From Terracidiphilus sp. (lineage in GTDB: Bacteria > Acidobacteriota > Terriglobia > Terriglobales > Acidobacteriaceae): a stretch of DNA of 64,000 bases. Positions 8,636 to 15,700 of the stretch are shown one piece after another; within the stretch, counting starts at the first letter, position 1; every line of letters begins with the position of its first letter. The DNA is taken from positions 17,917 through 81,916 of the forward strand of contig JBEKET010000013.1 in assembly GCA_050013695.1 (NCBI GenBank), written 5' to 3'. The notes beneath the pieces are model-generated. The model made no database searches, was not told where the DNA came from, and was given only the letters and a program-made list of their open reading frames with translations. The position numbers were made by a program, and so were the translations under genes.

Positions 8636-10846
8636 ATGCGAGCCTTTGGACCCTTTCAGCTTGATCCCCGGACCGGAGAGTTGACGCGCAAAGGAATTCG
8701 CGTGCGCCTCCAGCCTCAGCAGGCCCGGTTGCTCACGCTGCTCACCAGCCAGCCCGGCCGTGTCTACACCCGCGAAGAGATCTACAACGAATTATGGTCC
8801 AACCAGGCGCACGGAAATTTCGACCAGTCACTGAATTTCACCGTCAGCCAGCTTCGCTCCGCGCTCAACGACTCCGCTGAATCCAGCCGCTTCATCGAGA
8901 CCATTTCAAAGCTGGGATATCGGTTTGTTGGTTCTACACAGGAGATTCCCGCGAGGGGGTCCATGCCGGTCAGCCAACCCGGCTCCGATGCTCCTGAGTT
9001 AGTCGAGGCAGACGGTCAGGTCATCGGCGCTGCGAGCCCGTTGCTGTCCCAGACAACGGCCCAGATACCGCCCCAAAAACGAATACAGTCAGATGCACCG
9101 GCCGCAGCGAGGCCGGCAGTTCGGATTTCATCTACCTGGCGATCAAGGTGGATCCAGGCTGCCTTGTCCATGGCCGTGCTGGCGATCCTGGCCGCTGCCT
9201 GGTGGTATCTGCCTCTACAACCGCCGCGAGCGAATGGATTCGCCCAGATCACGACAGCCGATGCGATTGATTTTCTGGTTAAGCCTGTCATGGAGGGAGC
9301 GCGGATTTTCTACGTCGAAAGATCGGGAGGACACTGGATCGCCCGGCAAACTTCGCTGGAAGGCGGGGAGCCGCAAACGGTGCCAGGGCTGCCAGAGAAC
9401 ACTCGGATTATGGACCTCTCGCCGGATCGAACGACTTTCCTTCTCGGCAGTTTTACTTCGCGCGGGTCCACGTCCGCTTTATGGCTGATGCCCGTTCAAG
9501 GAGGGAAGCCGCTTCGGCTTGGCGACATCACATCCGGCGAAGCCATCTGGCATCCCGACGGCAGGCGCATCGTCTTTGCCAGAGGGAATGAGCTGTGGAT
9601 TGTGGGGACAGATGCCGCAGGTCTGAAAAAGTTTGTCTCGCTGCCGGGCACTCCCAACTGGTTGGCCTGGTCCCCCGATGGCGCACGGATGCGACTCACG
9701 ATTGGCGACGATCATGGAAAGGTCTCGATGTGGGAGATGCGCCAGGACGGATCAAACCTGCATCCGATGTTTGCCGCCGGCTCCTCGGTTGAACAACAAT
9801 GCTGTGGCGAATGGACGCCGGATGGACGCCAGTTCATTTTCACGGGAAAAAACAAGGACGCATGGAACCTGTGGGCTGTGCGCGAACCTGGCTTGTCGTT
9901 GCGGCGCTATCCACGCGGTCCCTTCCAACTCACGGATTGGCCGGGTGGCCTGATGGGCGCATCTGTATCTCCGGATGGAAAAAGCGTTCTCTTCTATGCC
10001 GGCAGAAATCGATCGCAGATTCAGCGCTTCGATCTTACAAGCAAACGCCTTTCGCCATTGTCCGCGGAGGGATTCAGTCAGCCGGAATTTTCATCCGATG
10101 GCCGCTGGATGGTCTACGTAGACGTGAACAACGGTGTCTTCTGGAAGATGGACATGCTGTCTTCAGAGAAAGTTGAGCTCGTTCCGGTGGGGTTCTCGGT
10201 CAGTTTCCCCCGCTGGTCTCCGGATGGCAGCATGCTCGCCATGACCGCCAGTGATCACGGAGCGGCCGGAACGGCCTATCTTATCTCTGCAGCAGGCGGG
10301 GCGCCTCAGCCGCTCTTGCCCGGTCAGCCCCAGGTCTCGGATCCTGATTGGGCTCCAAACGGGAAGACTCTGGTGGCAGTTCATGCCATTCCCGGATCGG
10401 AGAAAGAAAGTGCGCTCTTCCTGGTGGATCTTGCCACCAGAACGGAAAAAATGGTGCCCGGATCAAACGGGCGATTCTTTCCGCATTGGTCTCCCGATGG
10501 CCGATACCTGGCCGCTTACACGGATCGCGAGAAGGCCGTGGACATCTACAACTTTGCTACGCAGAAATGGCAAACCATTGCGCGTGGAGCAGCCATCGGG
10601 TTTCCCGTGTGGTCCGGCGACAGCAGATTCCTCTACTTTCAGCAGGTCCTTGAAGAAGGTGAACCGGTGTTCCGAATCAACGTGCGTACCGGTCTTGCTG
10701 AACGCGTCGCGAGTTTCGATGTGGAACTGTCGGGCGGTATCACTCGGTGCGCTTTAATGGGAATCGCACCTGATGGCGCTTTGCTGGTTGATACAACCCG
10801 TGGAAACAGCGACCTCTTTAGAGCGAAACTGACTCTCCCGAAGTGA
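8636..10846 (+). CDS. Transmembrane one-component regulator: OmpR/CadC-like winged helix + TM + TolB-like PD40 beta-propeller
   Basis: FGPFQLDPRTGEL...LNFTVSQLRSALND...IETISKLGYRF wHTH; one TM; repeated (W/L)SPDG motifs. Confidence 0.85.
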   Translation: MRAFGPFQLDPRTGELTRKGIRVRLQPQQARLLTLLTSQPGRVYTREEIYNELWSNQAHGNFDQSLNFTVSQLRSALNDSAESSRFIETISKLGYRFVGSTQEIPARGSMPVSQPGSDAPELVEADGQVIGAASPLLSQTTAQIPPQKRIQSDAPAAARPAVRISSTWRSRWIQAALSMAVLAILAAAWWYLPLQPPRANGFAQITTADAIDFLVKPVMEGARIFYVERSGGHWIARQTSLEGGEPQTVPGLPENTRIMDLSPDRTTFLLGSFTSRGSTSALWLMPVQGGKPLRLGDITSGEAIWHPDGRRIVFARGNELWIVGTDAAGLKKFVSLPGTPNWLAWSPDGARMRLTIGDDHGKVSMWEMRQDGSNLHPMFAAGSSVEQQCCGEWTPDGRQFIFTGKNKDAWNLWAVREPGLSLRRYPRGPFQLTDWPGGLMGASVSPDGKSVLFYAGRNRSQIQRFDLTSKRLSPLSAEGFSQPEFSSDGRWMVYVDVNNGVFWKMDMLSSEKVELVPVGFSVSFPRWSPDGSMLAMTASDHGAAGTAYLISAAGGAPQPLLPGQPQVSDPDWAPNGKTLVAVHAIPGSEKESALFLVDLATRTEKMVPGSNGRFFPHWSPDGRYLAAYTDREKAVDIYNFATQKWQTIARGAAIGFPVWSGDSRFLYFQQVLEEGEPVFRINVRTGLAERVASFDVELSGGITRCALMGIAPDGALLVDTTRGNSDLFRAKLTLPK

Positions 10847-11025
10847 CTCCCGATCAATGGGAAGTCTTGCGGTTTTGAACGGTGTTTTCTGCGCGGATGT
10901 CTTCGTGGCGGGATGCATGGCGCGGCGGACCGGAAGTTCCTCCTTGCACAGGGCCTCATGATTCGAGCCTTCTTCGACCGCGGAGCAGCGGCTTTCAGCC
11001 ACGCTGGATTTCGTGCGCTAAGCCA

Positions 11026-11796
11026 TCAGTCTCCAATTCCCAATCCTTTCTCAAGAGGAATCACATCGTGATTGCGAATGTCTCGCGCGGGTTTGAGAAC
11101 GTGAGAAGAATTCGTGCGGTCCCAGCGTCTCATCGCCGTTTGCAGCAGAAAGCGCAGGTCGGAGAGGGGCGTGGCCTCGGCCATGTAGCGCTCATCGAGG
11201 TTTTGCTTCAGAGGGAGGAGGACATCGCGGCAGTAGTCTTCCAATTTGCCTTCAGGGATTCCGGCCAGGAAGACTTCCTCCTGGGCAAACGCGATGGTTG
11301 CCGCACCCGTAATCCCCGGCCGGCAACTTGACACCCTGGTCAGCTGTTCCGGGACTTTGGGTCGCGGTCCCACAAGGCTCATGTCACCCCGCATCACGTT
11401 GATGAATTGAGGCAACTCATCAAGTTTCCACCACCGCAGGAACCTGCCTGGATTGGTAATTGCCGGATCGTTGATAGTTGTAATCAGGGTTCGTCTCTCG
11501 CTGGAGAGATGCATGGTTCTGAACTTGTAGATTGTGAAAGAAATTCCGTTGCGTCCCACTCTTTTTTGCCGGAACAGAACCGGCCCTCTTGAGCTGATTC
11601 GAACTGCAATGGCGACGATCAGAAATAGTGGCAACAAAATCGGCAGCATCGCAAACACCAGCACAAGGTCAAAGACACGCTTTGCAGGAGACTGCACCCA
11701 TGCGCTGAGGCGCTCCGGCTTCGAGCGATCAACAACAATTTCTGTTGAAGGCTCGGGTCCAAGCACGGGATGCAGAACATTCTGGGCATCGCTCAA
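11026..11796 (-). CDS. Bacterial sugar transferase (priming/phosphoglycosyl transferase, WcaJ/PglC-type catalytic domain)
   Basis: AKRVFDL, one TM, GPVLFRQKRVG, KFRTM, KLDELPQFINVMRGDMSLVGPRP, RPGITG. Probable TTG start 11796 after GGAGG. Confidence 0.9.
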   Translation of the reverse strand: MSDAQNVLHPVLGPEPSTEIVVDRSKPERLSAWVQSPAKRVFDLVLVFAMLPILLPLFLIVAIAVRISSRGPVLFRQKRVGRNGISFTIYKFRTMHLSSERRTLITTINDPAITNPGRFLRWWKLDELPQFINVMRGDMSLVGPRPKVPEQLTRVSSCRPGITGAATIAFAQEEVFLAGIPEGKLEDYCRDVLLPLKQNLDERYMAEATPLSDLRFLLQTAMRRWDRTNSSHVLKPARDIRNHDVIPLEKGLGIGD

Positions 11797-11894
11797 GCGC
11801 ACCTCCCATATTGCTTTAGAAAACATCGTTTGCAACAGCCAGTACGGGCGCCCGTTGCTTGCGGCCTGCATTCGGTTTCGAGGCACTCAGAGAA

Positions 11895-12197
11895 TCAGGG
11901 ATTCAAGAAACGCAGAATTGCCTTTTCATCCTGTTCGCTGAGCGATGCGCGTACCCGCATGTGGCGCACGACGGTGCCTGAGATCCGCGGCGAGAAACCT
12001 TGTGGCGCGTCATGACAGCGCGAACAATTTTGCTTGAATGCGCGTTCTCCCGGACTGGACTCAGCCGGCGACGAAGCCGGCTTTGATTGCGCCGGAGGCG
12101 TCTGACCGCTTGCCTTGGACGCGAGCGGCTGAGCGCAGAGCGGGAGAATGACTATGGCGCCGCCAAGACACGCGAGAAGTACCAAACTGCTCTTCAT
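11895..12197 (-). CDS. Small monohaem c-type cytochrome, secreted
   Basis: Signal peptide, CSRCH haem motif, downstream HM; ATGA overlap with upstream barrel gene. Confidence 0.85.
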   Translation of the reverse strand: MKSSLVLLACLGGAIVILPLCAQPLASKASGQTPPAQSKPASSPAESSPGERAFKQNCSRCHDAPQGFSPRISGTVVRHMRVRASLSEQDEKAILRFLNP

Positions 12198-13258
12198 TTG
12201 CCCCTCCATGCGGGAAAGAGAAACCGATAGACAATGCCTGTTTGCCAGATGTTTCTATCTCCCGACGAAGAGAACTCGCGGGAATAGCTGGTGTTGATTC
12301 GCACTTCATGGGGCAAACGGTAATCGAGACCGAAGTCCGCCTGCTCTGTATCCGCGCCCGGAAGCCCGTCGTTCGAATCGGGCCGCGAGCGAAATGTTTG
12401 CTGCATGCGAAAGACAGGTTCGAATCTGCCCACAAAACTCTCTTCCCCTTTGAATCGGGATAGGCGGTAATCGGCTTCGATCCAGTACCCGCCCGCATGA
12501 GCACCCCTCGCAAACTCTGAACGCAGCCTGAGCGCGGTGTTTGCCGGTTCCCACCAGACGTGTGCACCCTCAAAGTTTTCGTGAACATTCTGAAGTTGCC
12601 GTCCGTAGGAGGCGCCGACCTCGAATCGGGCAGTAGGGAAGTAAAGGCTCGCTTGCCCGCCGCTGGCTCGCTCAGCTGTGAACTGCTGATTCGTACTGGC
12701 TGCAGAGAAATAGACAGCGTAGTTGGCGGACACATGGTCTGTCGCAAACGCCGATCCGCGCAGCATGCCTCCAACGCTCGACGCGGTTTCCATTGTTCCC
12801 AGGCTGAAAATCAACGGCACGTCTTGAAAATTGCCGATCCAGAGCGGAGTCAAGCGTTCGTTGTACGTGCCGAACGGTGTGAGAAAATCGCCGGCCACAA
12901 CCGTGACATGCTTTGAAGCGAGAAAGTCCCCCTGGAGATATGTCAGTCCCAGGAACAGGTCGCCCTTGTAACCCGGCTGTCCTCCGCCCTTGGGAAAGAA
13001 CGGGTCGAGAATAATGGCGCGGCTCTCAACCAGGATGTGATCCCCGATCGGTGCGGCGAGCACGGGTGAAACTACAGGTATGTAGGTTGTGTTTCCTCCG
13101 TTCGTACTGGTAACAAATCCGACGCCACCAGAGATAAGAGGAACGTTCTGACCCTGACTGTCCTGGGCAGCCGACCCCATCGATGCCATGCAAAACGCCA
13201 GGACCGCCGGAATAGCGTGCCTGGCCAGACTGTGTCGAGACGCTGCAGCAATCAACAT
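12194..13258 (-). CDS. Outer-membrane beta-barrel (porin-like) protein
   Basis: Signal peptide, alternating beta-strand pattern, aromatic C-terminus (GIVYRFLFP). Start uncertain (13258 ATG or 13282). Confidence 0.6.
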   Translation of the reverse strand: MLIAAASRHSLARHAIPAVLAFCMASMGSAAQDSQGQNVPLISGGVGFVTSTNGGNTTYIPVVSPVLAAPIGDHILVESRAIILDPFFPKGGGQPGYKGDLFLGLTYLQGDFLASKHVTVVAGDFLTPFGTYNERLTPLWIGNFQDVPLIFSLGTMETASSVGGMLRGSAFATDHVSANYAVYFSAASTNQQFTAERASGGQASLYFPTARFEVGASYGRQLQNVHENFEGAHVWWEPANTALRLRSEFARGAHAGGYWIEADYRLSRFKGEESFVGRFEPVFRMQQTFRSRPDSNDGLPGADTEQADFGLDYRLPHEVRINTSYSREFSSSGDRNIWQTGIVYRFLFPAWRGK

Positions 13259-13290
13259 GGACTTAGATTCGGCCGATTCCACAATCGATG

Positions 13291-13328
13291 TGTCATGAGA
13301 GCGTCTTGCGAATGTCAGCGCATTGTCA
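13291..13328 (+). promoter_or_regulatory. 11-bp-phased TGTCA array A (OmpR/PhoB-type direct repeats)
   Basis: TGTCA 13291, CGTCT 13302, TGTCA 13313, TGTCA 13324; lies just upstream of the minus-strand barrel/cytochrome operon. Confidence 0.7.
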
Positions 13329-13417
13329 CTTGTGATTGGCGCAGGTCACACATGCTGTCCATCCGTGCTTAAGCGCATGGAGTGCCACGCTGGTACGAGG
13401 CCTGGATTTACTGAGCG

Positions 13418-13455
13418 AGACAAAGTCATGACAATCTCCTGACACAGAGGTGACA
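13418..13455 (-). promoter_or_regulatory. 11-bp-phased TGACA array B
   Basis: AGACA 13418, TGACA 13429, 13440, 13451 on +; putative -10 TAGGCT at 13476-13481, 20 bp downstream. Confidence 0.8.
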
Positions 13456-13563
13456 GCTCGTTTGAATTCCCGGCCTAGGCTCAACAGCATGTAACAGGAC
13501 AAGCGCGAGGGCGTGCGGAGTAGCGCAAATCCCGGGCTACCTCTACAAACGCACAGGAGCAAT

Positions 13564-13929
13564 ATGACGAAGTCCATCGTAGTTTTCTTTGTTCTTGCCG
13601 GCATTTTTTCTCCGGCCCGATTCCTTCTGTCGGAGTATCCAACTGACGCCGCTCCCAAGCGCGTCGAGATCACAGCTAAACGATTTGCTTTCGAACCGGC
13701 CAGCATTGAACTCCAGAAGGGAGTGCCGGTGATTCTCGTTTTGAAAAGCGTCGATGTTCCACACGGCCTTCGCTTTCGCGAGCTGAATGTCGATGTAAAA
13801 GCTCCGAAAGGCGGGAGCGGAGAAGTGCAATTCACTCCGGATAAGGACGGCGATTTTGTGGGTCACTGTTCGGTCTTCTGCGGGTCAGGTCACGGGTCAA
13901 TGTCCATGACGATTCATGTGATCGGATAG
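13564..13929 (+). CDS. Stand-alone secreted cupredoxin with binuclear CuA motif (COX2-like soluble domain)
   Basis: DVPHG His plus C-SVF-C-GSG-H-GS-M (CxxxCxxxHxxM). ATG 13564 after AGGAG; N-terminal signal/anchor. Confidence 0.85.
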   Translation: MTKSIVVFFVLAGIFSPARFLLSEYPTDAAPKRVEITAKRFAFEPASIELQKGVPVILVLKSVDVPHGLRFRELNVDVKAPKGGSGEVQFTPDKDGDFVGHCSVFCGSGHGSMSMTIHVIG

Positions 13930-13931
13930 CA

Positions 13932-14426
13932 ATGCGACGCTTCATGATCATCGCCGCGACTGTTTTTTCGGTAGCTGCGCTGGTGTACTGTGCACTTTTT
14001 TTCGATGGGTGCAAGGCGAAGGCCCCCTCCAAACTCGAAACACGCGTGGTGACTTTGGCTAAACATCAATTCTTCATCGGGAACAAGTCGCAGAGAAATC
14101 CGCTGGCAGTTTCGCCGCAGGTAATCGCGGATGGAAAGGAGGCCTTCTCGCACTATTGTGTGGCTTGCCACGGGATGGATGGCCAAAACACAGGCGTGCC
14201 ATTCGCCGATCGCATGGCTCCGCCGGTGCCATCTCTGGCTTCGCCGGATGTGCAGAGGTACAGCGACGGCCAATTGAAATGGGTGATCGATTACGGTATT
14301 TGGCCTTCAGGAATGCCGGGCTCGAAGGGAACCCTGAGCGACGACGAAATCTGGTCGATCGTCGTCTATCTGCGTCATCTGCCTCCGCCTGGCAGCGTTG
14401 GCGAACCGGAAATGTACAGTCATTGA
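13932..14426 (+). CDS. Membrane-anchored monohaem cytochrome c
   Basis: N-terminal TM, CVACH motif, distal SGMPG Met; starts 2 bp after the CuA gene stop. Confidence 0.85.
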   Translation: MRRFMIIAATVFSVAALVYCALFFDGCKAKAPSKLETRVVTLAKHQFFIGNKSQRNPLAVSPQVIADGKEAFSHYCVACHGMDGQNTGVPFADRMAPPVPSLASPDVQRYSDGQLKWVIDYGIWPSGMPGSKGTLSDDEIWSIVVYLRHLPPPGSVGEPEMYSH

Positions 14427-14431
14427 TTCCT

Positions 14432-15700
14432 ATGAACGTTCTTAAGACTCAATCCGGAGATCGACAGCGGCCCGCTCCGCGCAGGCTGAAGGAAGCGGTC
14501 CTCGCCAGTTTTCGATTTTCTTCCGGCGACGTCACCAATCAATTTCGAAACTATTCACTGAACGATTGGCAGGCGATCCTGGTCTGGCTGGATATCAGCG
14601 GAATGGCTTTGTATTTGCTCGACCGCGTACGGGAGTTGAAGATCGAAGGCAGCGTTCCCGTGCCAATTCGCGAACGCATGCAGTTGAACCTCGAGCGAAA
14701 TCGGGAGCGGACAGCAGCCCTCCTGAGTCATGCAAAGGATGTTGCGAATCGGTTTAAGCAAGCCGGGATTCCCTTTGCGCTGCTGAAGGGAATCACGCTC
14801 ACGCCGGATTCCGTACCCGAGCCGGCACTGCGGTGGCAAACCGACCTTGACTTCCTGGTTGGCGGATCGGATGCGGAAGCCGCAAGTGAGATTCTGCGAA
14901 GCCTCGGCTACACCCTGAACGCAACAAGCGGACGCACGATGGAATTCAGGTCCGGCTCCTCCGGCAAATGGGACCTCGCAAATCTTTATCGGGCGGACAT
15001 CCAGCGATCAATTGAGTTGCATTGTCTGCCGCGTCGTGACGGATCGCAAGACCGTCTGGCGCGCGCGAGCGGCAGGCTATTCGACGGAACAGAGATACCG
15101 GCGCTCTCCGCGGCGGACACTTTTGTGCAGCAGGCCTTGCACTTGATGAAGCATCTGTGCGGGGAGCATACGCGCCTCTCCTGGGTGCTTGAATTCACGC
15201 GGCATCTTCGGTTACGGCAACACGATCACGCATTTTGGAAGGATGTGAGGGCGATTGCAAAGACCGAACCTCAAGCCGGCCTTGCAATAGCGATGTCTGT
15301 TTGGCTCGCGTCCGAAATGTTTGGGTTGAACCTGCCGAGCGCTGTCGATCCATGGGCATCAGATCAAATCCCAGATGGGGTCATCGTCTGGTTGCAGCGC
15401 TATGCCCGTGAACTACTCCTTTCAGATTCGCACGCAAGCAAGCTCTATCTCCTGCTTCGCCGCCAGTTGCCCAACAGGCCCGATGTGAAAGGCACTGCCA
15501 GATTGATGATCCCACTGTGCCTGCCGGCCAGAATTACCGAGCCGGTGCCGGGCGAGACACTGACGGATCGCTTGACCCGCTACCGAATAGAAGCGAGCCA
15601 CAGTTGGCGGCGCCTGTGCTTTCACTTGTTCGAAGGAATTCGGCTCGGTATCGAAACCTTGTGCTGGGAATGGAGAACGCCGAAGGTGCAACAGCGATGA
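14432..15700 (+). CDS. Nucleotidyltransferase-family protein (NTP_transf_5-like)
   Basis: IPFALLKGI...LRWQTDLDFLV (pol-beta-like DxD) and IELH. ATG 14432; ATGA overlap with next gene. Confidence 0.75.
   Translation: MNVLKTQSGDRQRPAPRRLKEAVLASFRFSSGDVTNQFRNYSLNDWQAILVWLDISGMALYLLDRVRELKIEGSVPVPIRERMQLNLERNRERTAALLSHAKDVANRFKQAGIPFALLKGITLTPDSVPEPALRWQTDLDFLVGGSDAEAASEILRSLGYTLNATSGRTMEFRSGSSGKWDLANLYRADIQRSIELHCLPRRDGSQDRLARASGRLFDGTEIPALSAADTFVQQALHLMKHLCGEHTRLSWVLEFTRHLRLRQHDHAFWKDVRAIAKTEPQAGLAIAMSVWLASEMFGLNLPSAVDPWASDQIPDGVIVWLQRYARELLLSDSHASKLYLLLRRQLPNRPDVKGTARLMIPLCLPARITEPVPGETLTDRLTRYRIEASHSWRRLCFHLFEGIRLGIETLCWEWRTPKVQQR

Noticed and set aside
13258-13290. Expected -10 element downstream of array A
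   Set aside because: No TAnnnT hexamer at 20-21 bp, so promoter geometry for this array is unsupported.
13331-13350. TGTGA-N10-TCACA, CRP-like
   Set aside because: Spacer is 10 bp rather than the 6 bp CRP needs; no convincing CRP/FNR site found near the cyclase or adhesin either.
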